Source: Candidatus Kerfeldbacteria bacterium
Lineage (GTDB): Bacteria; Patescibacteriota; Patescibacteriia; UBA10025; JAHIVO01
Assembly: GCA_047946875.1 (NCBI GenBank)
Contig: CP181398.1
Span: 463,818 to 527,817 of the forward strand
DNA: 64,000 nt
Direction: 5' to 3'
Positions 49,500-59,176 of the stretch are shown here, one piece after another. A model generated the notes under the pieces. It was given only the letters and a program-made list of their open reading frames with translations, was not told the origin of the DNA and made no database searches. The position numbers and the translations under genes are program-made. Position 1 is the stretch's first letter. The number at the start of each line of letters is the position of its first letter.

Positions 49500-49503
49500 A
49501 AAT

Positions 49504-50631
49504 TTAAAACCCTACTACAAAATAATAAACTTCTAATAAAACCCCTACTGCTAATAATAACATTATTGTTCTGCTAAACAATGTTAAAATGTTCATCTTA
49601 GTATACTTTTGCTGTTTTTTCATCTTCAAATATATCAATATAACTATTATACCATCAATACCGAGCATAACAGCGCCAGTAACTCCAATAACACTAATAA
49701 AATCTTGCATACCAATAATAAATAAAATTATTGGTATAAAACAAGCTAAAAACCAACCTAGTTTCTTTGGAAGTCCATAATCATACCAAAATAATTTTTT
49801 TATTGTAAGTCCCAAAGCAATAAACGAAGTAAAAGTTGCAATAATACCAAATATATATCCAATACTAAGTGCCCAGTTTCCCATACTACCTTCTAAGCCC
49901 GATATTGCATCAATAGCTGTTTCTTCACCAGAGATACCTACTATTAAAATTATAAATAATAAATATATTAATATACATATCGAAAGTCCAATAATAATCA
50001 ATTTCTTTATTTGTTGAAAATCACCTTTTAACTGCTCTTTAATTTCTGGGACGATAGATGCTCCCCATAAAGAAAATAATATTACACCGTATGGTAAAAA
50101 TAAATTCGAAGAATCAAAAGTTTGAAGATTAACAAATTCGATTTTTGGCATCCCATTTATAAATAGAAAAACAATTGCACCAAAAAAAATAAATAGCATG
50201 ATTAGTTCAACGGGCCCGATTGATTTTTTATCTTTCCAAATTAATATTGAACCAAAAATAAAAAATATAAAAGTGTATAGTATAGCAGACCCATCAAATA
50301 AATTTGCCAAAAACTGTCCACCAATAATCAAATAAGCAAGTAGAGATCCGAATATGGCAAATGTTTTTACAAAGAAAGCAACTGGTTTTGCTTTAGCTCC
50401 CAGATACATTGCAGCATAACCAGGTAATCTATGCATACCCTTTGTAGAAGATGCAATTTCACCATAAAAAATATTAATAGTCGCTGCTATAGCCCCAATT
50501 AATATCAAATAAAAAAAAATAGTTACAAAACCAGATTTAGATCCGACGTAAGGAAGTGCAAATAGCCCTACTCCCATAATAGTCCCTACATAAACAGCCA
50601 GTGCGTATATAAATGTTTTTTTATCTTTCAT
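49504..50631 (-). CDS. Amino-acid permease, HAAAP (Tyr/Trp/Ser transporter) family-like
   Basis: About 11 TM helices. The N-terminal IMGVGLFALPYVGSKSGF resembles the GAGMLALP motif of the TyrP/Mtr/SdaC family. Confidence 0.4.
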   Translation of the reverse strand: MKDKKTFIYALAVYVGTIMGVGLFALPYVGSKSGFVTIFFYLILIGAIAATINIFYGEIASSTKGMHRLPGYAAMYLGAKAKPVAFFVKTFAIFGSLLAYLIIGGQFLANLFDGSAILYTFIFFIFGSILIWKDKKSIGPVELIMLFIFFGAIVFLFINGMPKIEFVNLQTFDSSNLFLPYGVILFSLWGASIVPEIKEQLKGDFQQIKKLIIIGLSICILIYLLFIILIVGISGEETAIDAISGLEGSMGNWALSIGYIFGIIATFTSFIALGLTIKKLFWYDYGLPKKLGWFLACFIPIILFIIGMQDFISVIGVTGAVMLGIDGIIVILIYLKMKKQQKYTKMNILTLFSRTIMLLLAVGVLLEVYYFVVGF

Positions 50632-50705
50632 AAGTTAATATTATCACAAATTGAGTATAAAAAAAACTGTTTTTCAAGAAAATACAGCTTAACTAAATGT
50701 ATTAT

Positions 50706-51257
50706 TTACTGTGGTCTTTTAACAAATTTCTTTTGAATATATATTACCAAATAAATTAAAATAACAATAATTGTAAATAATATCAAATACTTACCGTAAA
50801 TTGGATGATGAGTTATAACGTAATACTCAGTTTCTCCTATTAAACGTAAAGTCAACCATATAGTAAAAAATAAATAAGCAATTCTTAATACCCTGTAATA
50901 TGAACTAAGTTTTTTATGTCGAATAGTCAATAAAATTATTAAACCTATAATCACAATTGGCATCAAAACATCTACATGAACCAACAATCGTAATCCTTCA
51001 TAACTCTTTAAATCACATTCTTCATTTAATACAATGTTATTCACCAAACTATTGCTAGTAGCTGAATAATGACAATCATTATACTCATTATTAAAATATT
51101 TATTAATATCACGTAAAAAAAGTTCCGATGTAAATATTGAAACAGATACTAAAAAAATCGCAAACAAAATAGCTACTCCTGAAGTCTTAATATTAATTAA
51201 AGGAGATTCTTTTTTGTCATTATGTATTTCTGGCTGTTCAAAAACTGGTACGGGCAT
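50706..51257 (-). CDS. Hypothetical membrane protein
   Basis: 183 aa with four hydrophobic segments. Confidence 0.35.
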   Translation of the reverse strand: MPVPVFEQPEIHNDKKESPLINIKTSGVAILFAIFLVSVSIFTSELFLRDINKYFNNEYNDCHYSATSNSLVNNIVLNEECDLKSYEGLRLLVHVDVLMPIVIIGLIILLTIRHKKLSSYYRVLRIAYLFFTIWLTLRLIGETEYYVITHHPIYGKYLILFTIIVILIYLVIYIQKKFVKRPQ

Positions 51258-51317
51258 ATAATTATTATATTAAATATAACAGATTACATTACAATATTAA
51301 ATAGTTATTGTCAAGTG

Positions 51318-52385
51318 TTATTTGATTAACCTTCCGGTTCCATTTGGATTATATCCATTTCTTATTTCATCTCCATCTAAAAAACCATCGTCATCTGTAT
51401 CTGCATTATCCTTATTAGTGCCAAATACATCTTCCCAAATCGAATACAAGTTATCTTGATCTGGATCATCTAAAATATATTTATCATCTATACCTACTAT
51501 ATATCCAAAAACTGAAAGGTCTAGAACGTTGGTTTTATCGAATAAATCTTCTATCATTTTATCAGTACTAATTCCATTTTCTGGTCTATCCAGAGCCACC
51601 GATTCATTAAATTCCGAAATAGTTAAGGTGTTGCTAAATTTTGCACCATCTTTCTTATGTTCGCTGGTTATTTGATAAGGACGAAAACTCTGTTTTCCAA
51701 TCCAGATTTCTATATCTAATTTATCCATACTACTAATATCAATTAAATTAAATTGATGGAACAAATTGGGAATATTCTGTATATTTAATGAAACTAAATA
51801 ATGATATGATATTTTTCCATTAACAAATTCGTCAGGAAGTCTCACAATATTATTAATATAATCATTAGTATATTTAGAATCTATTCCCAAAAAATTATCA
51901 TTAAATACCATTGAATCAGACCATTGATATTCATACCAATTATTATGAATTTTATTTAAATCAACAAAAGGAATCGCTGGTACTTCAGTGACTGAATAAT
52001 ATATTTTATCTTCTGTAAACCTACTTTCGACAGTTGTAAAAAAATTTAAACTTTGCATTTGTAACTCAACTCCTGTTGTCATCCTACCAATTGGCTTACC
52101 TATTAAATCACCTTCAAAAACTGAACTTAAATTGATATTAAATGTTTCATCATATACATCTAATTCAATAGCAGATTTCAGGTCATAACGAGCAGTAGAC
52201 AAAAGATTCATTTGCTTAAACATTTCATCAAATACTACCTTCGGGGCACTCTCAATAAATGGAGCTGTCACCACCTTGTCAATAATTGGAAAATTCTTCC
52301 CCTGCCAAAACATCATAGCCGCAACTGATGTTGAAGATAAGGCTAAGATGATAATAATAAATAATATAACAAATTTACCTTTCAT
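51318..52385 (-). CDS. Secreted hypothetical protein with C-terminal Asp-rich Ca-binding-like motif
   Basis: Signal peptide MKGKFVILFIIIILALSSTSVAA. A C-terminal DTDDDGFLDGDE motif is present (DxDxDG, thrombospondin-type-3/EF-like). Confidence 0.35.
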   Translation of the reverse strand: MKGKFVILFIIIILALSSTSVAAMMFWQGKNFPIIDKVVTAPFIESAPKVVFDEMFKQMNLLSTARYDLKSAIELDVYDETFNINLSSVFEGDLIGKPIGRMTTGVELQMQSLNFFTTVESRFTEDKIYYSVTEVPAIPFVDLNKIHNNWYEYQWSDSMVFNDNFLGIDSKYTNDYINNIVRLPDEFVNGKISYHYLVSLNIQNIPNLFHQFNLIDISSMDKLDIEIWIGKQSFRPYQITSEHKKDGAKFSNTLTISEFNESVALDRPENGISTDKMIEDLFDKTNVLDLSVFGYIVGIDDKYILDDPDQDNLYSIWEDVFGTNKDNADTDDDGFLDGDEIRNGYNPNGTGRLIK

Positions 52386-52442
52386 ATATATATTTTAGTA
52401 GTTTTTAACCAAAACAACAAGTAAAATAAAAACGTGTAAATT

Positions 52443-53153
52443 TTACTTTACACGTTTAAAAGCTGATGATTTTGGCATACCAAGTTTTTTTCGTATTTTA
52501 TTACAAGCAAACTCTAATTCGCCACGAATATAATCAGGTAGATATTTAAATCTACGTGGTATTTTATCTTCAAAAACTTCAAGAAGATGAGGATAGAGCA
52601 TTTCAGTTTCTCTCAATTGTCTAAGCATAAACTTTTTGGACATATGTAATATATTCCTGATATTATGTAGACGATCTGCCAATTTAACTAATATAATCCA
52701 CCAATCTCTTGGTTGAACATTTTCGATACCCAAATAATAATCCTTTTCATCTTCTTTTGAGATTATTCGTAAACCACGGTAAATGGTTTTCCCAAACATC
52801 CTTTGTATAGTCCACCATGTAATAGTTGGAGAATCTTTTTTGTTGTCAGATTTTTTATTGACATCCTCCATAATATCATGTAAAAAAGCAACAACTATTG
52901 GATTTACAAGGAAAACTTTGAATTCAAGTATAATTATCAAAGCCACAGATTTACAATGCTCAAAGTACTTTGCCATGTCACCACGAAATACATGCCAATG
53001 CATTAGTAGCGCCAATCCATAAGCCATCATTACCAATTGATAGTCATTGACATACAATTGTGACTTCATCAGAGATTCAATCTTGGATTTGGTATATCTT
53101 TTTTTTGTATACCCAATCCTTATCCTTCTTTTCTTTTTAGGCTTTTTTACCAT
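52443..53153 (-). CDS. HD-domain protein, small-alarmone-hydrolase-like
   Basis: AFLHDIMEDV motif in the HD_4 (RelA/SpoT hydrolase-type) context. It is 236 aa with a basic N-terminus. Confidence 0.45.
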   Translation of the reverse strand: MVKKPKKKRRIRIGYTKKRYTKSKIESLMKSQLYVNDYQLVMMAYGLALLMHWHVFRGDMAKYFEHCKSVALIIILEFKVFLVNPIVVAFLHDIMEDVNKKSDNKKDSPTITWWTIQRMFGKTIYRGLRIISKEDEKDYYLGIENVQPRDWWIILVKLADRLHNIRNILHMSKKFMLRQLRETEMLYPHLLEVFEDKIPRRFKYLPDYIRGELEFACNKIRKKLGMPKSSAFKRVK

Positions 53154-53229
53154 ACCGCACTCCTTTCCTATATTTTAAATGTACTATTGCTTTTCACTTG
53201 AAATTAGCAATATATTTACAATTAGTCAA

Positions 53230-53265
53230 ATAAAAAGACCTCGTTTTTTAACGAGGTCTTTTTTC
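53230..53265. terminator. Bidirectional rho-independent terminator downstream of trpB
   Basis: AAGACCTCG TTTTTTAA CGAGGTCTT is a perfect 9-bp stem flanked by A- and T-runs. Confidence 0.65.
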
Positions 53266-53274
53266 ATTTACCGC

Positions 53275-54471
53275 TTACTTCAATTGTAGATATTTCGCCA
53301 CATAATCAATATCCTTATCTCCTCGACCAGAAAGATTCATAATAATTATCCTATCTTTTTCTAAAGTAGAAGCTAGTTTAATAACTTCAGCTATAGCATG
53401 CGCACTCTCAAGAGCGGGAATAATTCCTTCCACCTTTGATAACATCTGAAAAGCTTCTATAGCTTCTTTGTCATTTGCCACCACATATTTTACTCGTTCA
53501 ATATCTTTCAAATATGAATGTATCGGTCCAATCCCTGGATAGTCTAATCCAGACGCAATAGAATGTACTGGATCAGGGTTACCGTCCTTATCTTGAAGTA
53601 AATAAGTAAACATTCCATGTATTGCTCCGGGACTTCCTTTTGTTAAAGTCGCAGCATGTTCCCCTTTCCTAAAACTTTTTCCACTTGGCTCTACTCCAAT
53701 TAAATTTACATCGTTATGTAAAAATTCATGAAATAATCCAATAGCATTAGATCCACCGCCTACACAAGCAACCAAATAATCAGGTAATCTTTTTTCAACC
53801 TTTATAATCTGCTTTTTTGCTTCTCTACCTACGACTGATTGAAAATATTTCACCATCATTGGGAATGGATGAGGACCAACTACTGAACCAATACCAAAGA
53901 AAATATTCTGTGGATCTTTTACAAACTCATTGAAAGCACTGTCGACAGCATCTTTCAGACAACGTCCACCAGATTCCACGGCCACCACCTTAGCTCCAAG
54001 TAATTTCATCCTTATGACATTCGGATGCTGTTTATCTACATCTATCGTTCCCATATGAATCTCACAATCTATACCTACTATCGCCGCCGCAGTAGCTAAA
54101 GCTACACCATGTTGACCAGCACCAGTTTCTGCTAGCAATTTTGTTTTCCCCATCTTCTTAGCTAATAGAGCTTCACCTAAGGTATGATTTATTTTATGAG
54201 CACCAGTATGATTAAGATCTTCTCTTTTTAGATATATCTTTGCTCCACCAAGTTTCCTAGTAAGATTCTTAGCAAAATACAATGGCGATGGACGTCCTAC
54301 ATACTCAGATAACAATCGCTGATATTCAGTCATAAACTCCTTATCATGCAATGCTTTTTTATATGCAATTTCAATATCATCAAAAATACTTTTTAATTGC
54401 GGTGGTATCTGCTGACCCCCATATTTGCCATACATTCCATCTTTATTTGGTAGATGTTTAATTTTTTTCAT
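53275..54471 (-). CDS. trpB: Tryptophan synthase beta chain (stand-alone)
   Basis: The PLP-lysine region [16 protein letters not shown] is present, as are GGGSNAIG and the C-terminal motifs. It is 398 aa. There is no trpA or other trp gene in this window. Confidence 0.9.
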   Translation of the reverse strand: MKKIKHLPNKDGMYGKYGGQQIPPQLKSIFDDIEIAYKKALHDKEFMTEYQRLLSEYVGRPSPLYFAKNLTRKLGGAKIYLKREDLNHTGAHKINHTLGEALLAKKMGKTKLLAETGAGQHGVALATAAAIVGIDCEIHMGTIDVDKQHPNVIRMKLLGAKVVAVESGGRCLKDAVDSAFNEFVKDPQNIFFGIGSVVGPHPFPMMVKYFQSVVGREAKKQIIKVEKRLPDYLVACVGGGSNAIGLFHEFLHNDVNLIGVEPSGKSFRKGEHAATLTKGSPGAIHGMFTYLLQDKDGNPDPVHSIASGLDYPGIGPIHSYLKDIERVKYVVANDKEAIEAFQMLSKVEGIIPALESAHAIAEVIKLASTLEKDRIIIMNLSGRGDKDIDYVAKYLQLK

Positions 54472-54706
54472 AGTTTTAATTTATTTAATAAAATACTTAA
54501 GCAATAATTGATTGCCAATATTCTGTACAACGATTGTAAAATAAATATTTCATAATAAAAAAATACCCTGCCACCAGGCAGAGCATGCTTATAATTTTTT
54601 AGATACTACAGCACTACCCGGTGATTAGGGTAATGTTCCAATTGATTAAATTGTGCTGTAAATTTTTCATAAATATATATTATCATATTATCATACTTTG
54701 TCAATA

Positions 54707-55957
54707 TTATTCTTCTGCCTTATATATAGAATTACTTATTCCATCAAATTCTGCTTTCATGGTTTTTCGAAAGCCAATTCTATCTGGAGCGTGTATTTTA
54801 CCAAGTTTTAGAAGCATCCCTTGTACTATCATCTCCTCGCCATATCTATTATTAATATCATCCAGAGCTTTAGATAAAACTGGAGACATCCTCTTATCTT
54901 CAAAAAAGGAAAGCTGATTAACTCTTGGACCTATTCTGAACAATCCAACAGCAAAAAACCTAGGTCTATCCTGATTTAAATATTTACTCAATTCTTCCCA
55001 TGCATATTCATAAATTTGGGCCGTACTAATAATTGGTTGGTGTACTTTCTTACTGCCACCAACTTGTCCACGATATTCTAAATTAGTATAAAAATATATA
55101 CCATGTGCTTCCAATTTTTTTTCTCGCAACCGTCGTCCAGTCCGCTCACAAAGACGCATCAATATAGCCTGGTGAAATCTTTTATCCTTAGTATTTTTTC
55201 GTAAGACATGACTATGCCCAATTGATTTTGGTAATCTCTTGACTTCTACATTACCAATCTCTATCCCATTAACATTCGCCCACAGATAATAACCCCGCAC
55301 ACCCATAGAAGACATAAGGTTTTGTACAGGATAATCTGCTAATTGATCCAAGGTATAAATACCAAGTAAATTTAACCTTACAGCCGTAGCTGTAGCAATC
55401 CCCCAAGCTTCTTGCAGATCCATACCTTTTAAATAACTATATAAATTATTTTTGTTTAATATAACTATTCCGCCTTTTGGTGCAGTATCACCTGCAAACT
55501 TAGCCAACCACCGTGTTTCAGCTATACCTATAGAACATTTTAACCAAATACCAACTTCATCTTTTATCCGCTGTTGAATTTTTTTACCAATTTTTTTTGC
55601 CTGCTCAAATGTTTCTACCGTGCCAGTCAAATCCAAAAAAGCTTCATCTATAGAATATTCTTCAATATCCTCAGTATAATCAGAACATATACTAAATATT
55701 TTTTTGGTAGTAGAACGGTACTTAGGTGGATCAACTTCCACTAAATTTACTTTAGGATATAACTTCTTAGCATCAATCACTCGACATCCCGTCTTAATGC
55801 CAACTTTTTTAGCTTCTATAGATGATGCAATTATACAACCATTAGGCGTCATAGTAGCTACTACTCCTACCGGCTTACCACGCAACCAAGGATTAGCCTG
55901 TTGCTCTACAGAGGCAAAATACGAGTTCATGTCAAAATGTAAGATAATTTTTTGCAT
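54707..55957 (-). CDS. dinB: DNA polymerase IV (Y-family)
   Basis: ILHFDMNSYFASVEQ carries the catalytic Asp, and SIDEAFLD is present. It is 416 aa. Confidence 0.85.
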   Translation of the reverse strand: MQKIILHFDMNSYFASVEQQANPWLRGKPVGVVATMTPNGCIIASSIEAKKVGIKTGCRVIDAKKLYPKVNLVEVDPPKYRSTTKKIFSICSDYTEDIEEYSIDEAFLDLTGTVETFEQAKKIGKKIQQRIKDEVGIWLKCSIGIAETRWLAKFAGDTAPKGGIVILNKNNLYSYLKGMDLQEAWGIATATAVRLNLLGIYTLDQLADYPVQNLMSSMGVRGYYLWANVNGIEIGNVEVKRLPKSIGHSHVLRKNTKDKRFHQAILMRLCERTGRRLREKKLEAHGIYFYTNLEYRGQVGGSKKVHQPIISTAQIYEYAWEELSKYLNQDRPRFFAVGLFRIGPRVNQLSFFEDKRMSPVLSKALDDINNRYGEEMIVQGMLLKLGKIHAPDRIGFRKTMKAEFDGISNSIYKAEE

Positions 55958-55967
55958 AAGATTAGAG

Positions 55968-55996
55968 TTGACAAATTAAAAATATTTTGCTAGAAT
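55968..55996 (+). promoter_or_regulatory. Sigma70-like promoter candidate for 56047-56661
   Basis: TTGACA (55968-55973), 17 nt, then TAGAAT (55991-55996). It lies about 50 nt upstream of the ATG. Confidence 0.35.
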
Positions 55997-56046
55997 TAGA
56001 TGAAAATGTTAATATTTAATCATTATAATAATTAATATATAAAAAT

Positions 56047-56661
56047 ATGAATATGGACAATGAAAATAACTCTCAAGATCACCAAGATTTTAAATTTCCT
56101 CCTGAAGGATTTGAGGTCTTTAGTGCTCCAGAGATACCAGAAGACGGCGATGAAAATAATTATGAAGTGAAAGAAACTAAGAAACATATTATCCGAGATG
56201 CTAATGGAAATGAAATATTCAAACATGAATCAAATCCAGATAGCGATTGGCAGAAAAAAATGACTTATGATGAACAAAATCGTCTAACTGTAATGGAAAG
56301 TCAAAAACTAATACCCGGACAAGAAAGCCACACCTTAGATAAATTTGAATACGATGAAAAAACAGGAGAAGCTACTAAAACGGGTAGTATAGAATTTGGC
56401 CAAGATGCTGGTCATATATATAAAGAGTTACCAATTGTCGAAAAAAATCTAGGTAACGGTAGAGTTATTAAAACAATTACTACCGAGGTATTAGAACAAG
56501 GTGAAAATGGAAGTGGTAAAAAAGCTGAAAAAGGAACCATTATTACCAAAACTGTATTTATGAAAAATGGTAAATGGCAAGGAGATAAAGTCACGGGAAC
56601 TGATGATAGTGAATCTGAATGGTTGGCAGAAGGAGTTAAAGAACTGCCAAACTGGGAATAA
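56047..56661 (+). CDS. Hypothetical acidic protein
   Basis: 204-aa, highly charged ORF. An imperfect hairpin terminator follows at about 56680-56707. Confidence 0.4.
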   Translation: MNMDNENNSQDHQDFKFPPEGFEVFSAPEIPEDGDENNYEVKETKKHIIRDANGNEIFKHESNPDSDWQKKMTYDEQNRLTVMESQKLIPGQESHTLDKFEYDEKTGEATKTGSIEFGQDAGHIYKELPIVEKNLGNGRVIKTITTEVLEQGENGSGKKAEKGTIITKTVFMKNGKWQGDKVTGTDDSESEWLAEGVKELPNWE

Positions 56662-56705
56662 CATAAAATATTACTATAAGAAGCTCTCATTTGAGGGCTT
56701 TTTTG

Positions 56706-56960
56706 TTATCCATCCATTTGCACCTCCTTCAAAGTCCAAATTAAATTATCAGGGTCATAAAATAAAATATAATTATTAACCTCATCTGAGACAGCAAAAC
56801 ACCAATAATACCTATCCCCAATCTTTTTTTTATAAACCAAATTAACATTACTAATATCATAACGACGCCCAGCACTTCTAATAAAAGAAACTGGCTTAAC
56901 TTTTACTCCATTAAAATCAACAAATACACGCACTTGCTCATCTAATTTTTCTACATACAT
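56706..56960 (-). CDS. Hypothetical protein
   Basis: I preferred the internal start MYVEKLDEQ... (84 aa) over the track start at 57050, whose N-terminal 30 residues look non-protein-like. The call is weak. Confidence 0.3.
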   Translation of the reverse strand: MYVEKLDEQVRVFVDFNGVKVKPVSFIRSAGRRYDISNVNLVYKKKIGDRYYWCFAVSDEVNNYILFYDPDNLIWTLKEVQMDG

Positions 56961-57095
56961 AATACATTTATTATACCCGAATAAAAACCGAAAGTCAAAC
57001 AAAACAATAACACAGATTGACTTTCGCCCTGAATTCATGAAGGGCCTCAATTATAAATAAAAAGGGGGTCCGGAAGGACTCCCTATTATACTTAT

Positions 57096-57290
57096 CTACA
57101 TGATAATTCTAACTCTTTTACCAATTGTTTTATGATCACCAACCTGAAAATTTTCAGCGGTGCTTTCAAAAACATCTGGAACAACCCCTCCATGTCCATC
57201 TGGTAAAGTACTACCCGTGCAAGTAACCTCAATGTCACCTTCTTGATCTTGGATTTGCGTTAATTTTTCAATTACCTCACTAATTTTCAT
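57096..57290 (-). CDS. Small hypothetical protein
   Basis: 64-aa acidic ORF. Confidence 0.3.
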   Translation of the reverse strand: MKISEVIEKLTQIQDQEGDIEVTCTGSTLPDGHGGVVPDVFESTAENFQVGDHKTIGKRVRIIM

Positions 57291-57427
57291 TACAACCTCC
57301 TAACAAATATTAAAAATTCTAATTTATAATAACAAAACTTAGCTTAACTATTCATATTTGTCAAGACCAGAAGTTTCTACCTTACACACCTAACACTTCC
57401 TAAAAAACGTTGGTAATAATAAAATAA

Positions 57428-57898
57428 TTAATAATGATAAGTTTTGCCACTTAAAATCATTGTTCCTCTATATATTTGTTCTAACAAAATAACTCTGGCC
57501 AACTGATGAGTAAAAGTCATCTTAGATAATGATAATAATACTTTTGCTTTATTTAATATATCCATCGATAGTCCAAGAGGCCCACCAATAATGAAAGTAA
57601 TACTATTTCCAAATTTTGACCATTCTTCAAGCTTTGTAGACCAGACAGGTGAAGAAAATACCTCACCTGCAATATCCATTGCTATAATAGTAGTATTGTC
57701 AGGGATTATCTTTAATATTTTTTTAGCCTCTTTATCTAATATTCGTTTACGATCTGATGTGCTAGTAACTGGTTCTTCAGGAACTTCCCAAAATTCTAAC
57801 TTTGAGTATGGTTTTAATCTTTTGACATATTCATCAAGTGCTTCTCGCCAATAAGATTCCTTTATTTTACCAACTGATAATATTGTTATATTTAACAT
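57428..57898 (-). CDS. rlmH: 23S rRNA (pseudouridine1915-N3)-methyltransferase RlmH (SPOUT)
   Basis: MLNITILSVGKIKESYWREALDEYVKRL... matches RlmH end to end, and the length is about 156 aa. Confidence 0.85.
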   Translation of the reverse strand: MLNITILSVGKIKESYWREALDEYVKRLKPYSKLEFWEVPEEPVTSTSDRKRILDKEAKKILKIIPDNTTIIAMDIAGEVFSSPVWSTKLEEWSKFGNSITFIIGGPLGLSMDILNKAKVLLSLSKMTFTHQLARVILLEQIYRGTMILSGKTYHY

Positions 57899-57905
57899 AT
57901 TTATT

Positions 57906-58073
57906 TTAAAATTTATATTTCTTTATTATAACTTGTTTTTTCGTTTTATTAAAGTCGACTTCAACAGTCTCCCCTCTCTGCCAGCCCAATTCTTTTATTA
58001 AGTCTTTCGGTAAAGTAATTACATAACTATACTTACCAGTTTGAAAGATCTTACGCATTATTCTTGTTTCCAT
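57906..58073 (-). CDS. AbrB/MazE/SpoVT-type small DNA-binding protein (55 aa), not in ORF track
   Basis: The minus-strand ATG at 58073 opens METRIMRKIFQTGKYSYVITLPKDLIKELGWQRGETVEVDFNKTKKQVIIKKYKF. The looped-hinge-helix pattern (G.S..V.LPK..R..LG...GD.V) is present. It lies directly upstream of rlmH. Confidence 0.45.
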   Translation of the reverse strand: METRIMRKIFQTGKYSYVITLPKDLIKELGWQRGETVEVDFNKTKKQVIIKKYKF

Positions 58074-58102
58074 AGTATCATTATTTAATAATTAATTGAA
58101 TA

Positions 58103-58164
58103 CTATATGCTTATTATATAAGTAGTATATAATAGCTATATGCTTATTATATAAGTAGTATATA
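58103..58164. repeat. Tandem direct repeat, 2 copies of a 29-nt core with 33-nt period
   Basis: CTATATGCTTATTATATAAGTAGTATATA occurs twice, at 58103-58131 and 58136-58164, separated by ATAG. Confidence 0.7.
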
Positions 58165-58180
58165 CTACTATCAATATTTT

Positions 58181-58215
58181 GTCAATAAAAAAAGCCTCAC
58201 AAATGTGAAGCTTTA
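58181..58215 (-). terminator. Probable terminator downstream of 58221-58406
   Basis: GCCTCACAAATGTGAAGC is an imperfect hairpin preceded by AAAAAAA, which is a U-run on the minus strand. Confidence 0.35.
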
Positions 58216-58220
58216 AATAT

Positions 58221-58406
58221 CTATTTTAATCTAGATATTAATCCTATCATTAAGGTTGATATACCAGTTAAAAGAATAAATCCTTCAACCATTAATACTA
58301 CCATTTTGATAGAACCTTTTATCCTTCTTCGAGATCTTATTTGCTTTCTTTTTAAAGAGAGCAGGAGGATAAAACCACCGAAGAGGATAAGTATTTCATT
58401 ATTCAT
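58221..58406 (-). CDS. Small membrane protein
   Basis: 61 aa with two TM helices separated by a basic loop (RKQIRSRRRIK). Confidence 0.3.
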   Translation of the reverse strand: MNNEILILFGGFILLLSLKRKQIRSRRRIKGSIKMVVLMVEGFILLTGISTLMIGLISRLK

Positions 58407-58460
58407 ACTAATCCTCTTTTTACTTAATTAAACACTTTAATCAAGTTGGGAATTAGTATG

Positions 58461-58495
58461 TAAAAAGAGCTAACCTCCGCCTAGAGGTTAGCTCG
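58461..58495 (-). terminator. Rho-independent terminator downstream of the cyclophilin gene
   Basis: GAGCTAACCTC cgccta GAGGTTAGCTC is a perfect 11-bp stem preceded by AAAAA, which is a U-run on the minus strand. Confidence 0.7.
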
Positions 58496-58519
58496 ATTAA
58501 GTATTTATGTCAATACTAA

Positions 58520-59149
58520 CTACTTAGCTTCAATACTAACTTTTTTCATTACATCCCCTATTTCTATCTGCTTAACAATTTCGATACCAAAAGTAACTTT
58601 TCCGAAAATTGTATAATCTTTTGGTAAAGTATCATTATTATCTAACATTATAAAAAACTGAGAACCATTTGTATCAGGACCAGCATTAGCCATAGCAACT
58701 ACACCTAAATCATATTCCTTGGTTATTGGCTCATCTTCAAATTTATATCCTGGTCCACCAGTACCAGTGCCCAAAGGATCACCACCCTGAATAACAAAAC
58801 CTGGCTCTACTCTATGAAATGTTACTCCATCGTAATATCCTTCTTCTGTTAAATAAACAAAATTACTTACAGTTTTTGGTGCATCTTCTGGATATAGCTC
58901 AAATTCTATTACACCTTTAGAAGTTTCCATTTTAACTTTTTTATTAACTATCCTCTCATCTGGTAATTTACCAGGAAATGCGTATGTTTTAGCTTCTGAC
59001 ATATTTGTATTTATCGTATTAGTTGTTAAATTTGTATTTACATTATTATTAATTTTATTATCTTCGCTCTCAGTCATAAATAGCATCACTATTAAAAATA
59101 AAGCTGCGACTGCGATAATACCTAATATAATTTTTGCGCTATTATTCAT
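58520..59149 (-). CDS. ppiB: Peptidyl-prolyl cis-trans isomerase, cyclophilin type, N-terminally membrane anchored
   Basis: The cyclophilin core FHRVEPGFVIQGGDPLGTGTGGPGYKFEDE...GSQFFI follows an N-terminal TM helix. Confidence 0.8.
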   Translation of the reverse strand: MNNSAKIILGIIAVAALFLIVMLFMTESEDNKINNNVNTNLTTNTINTNMSEAKTYAFPGKLPDERIVNKKVKMETSKGVIEFELYPEDAPKTVSNFVYLTEEGYYDGVTFHRVEPGFVIQGGDPLGTGTGGPGYKFEDEPITKEYDLGVVAMANAGPDTNGSQFFIMLDNNDTLPKDYTIFGKVTFGIEIVKQIEIGDVMKKVSIEAK

Positions 59150-59176
59150 ATATATTTTGATTTATTAATTATTTAA

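Noticed and set aside
54621-54917. ORF 54621-54917 (+) overlapping the 3' end of dinB
   Set aside because: It lies antisense to a well-supported Y-family polymerase gene. Its product is low-complexity with no motif. I treat it as spurious.
58103-58164. Possible CRISPR array at the tandem 33-bp repeat
   Set aside because: There are only two copies. They are AT-rich and not palindromic, and they are separated by 4 nt rather than a spacer of 20 nt or more. No cas genes lie nearby. I report it as a simple tandem duplication.
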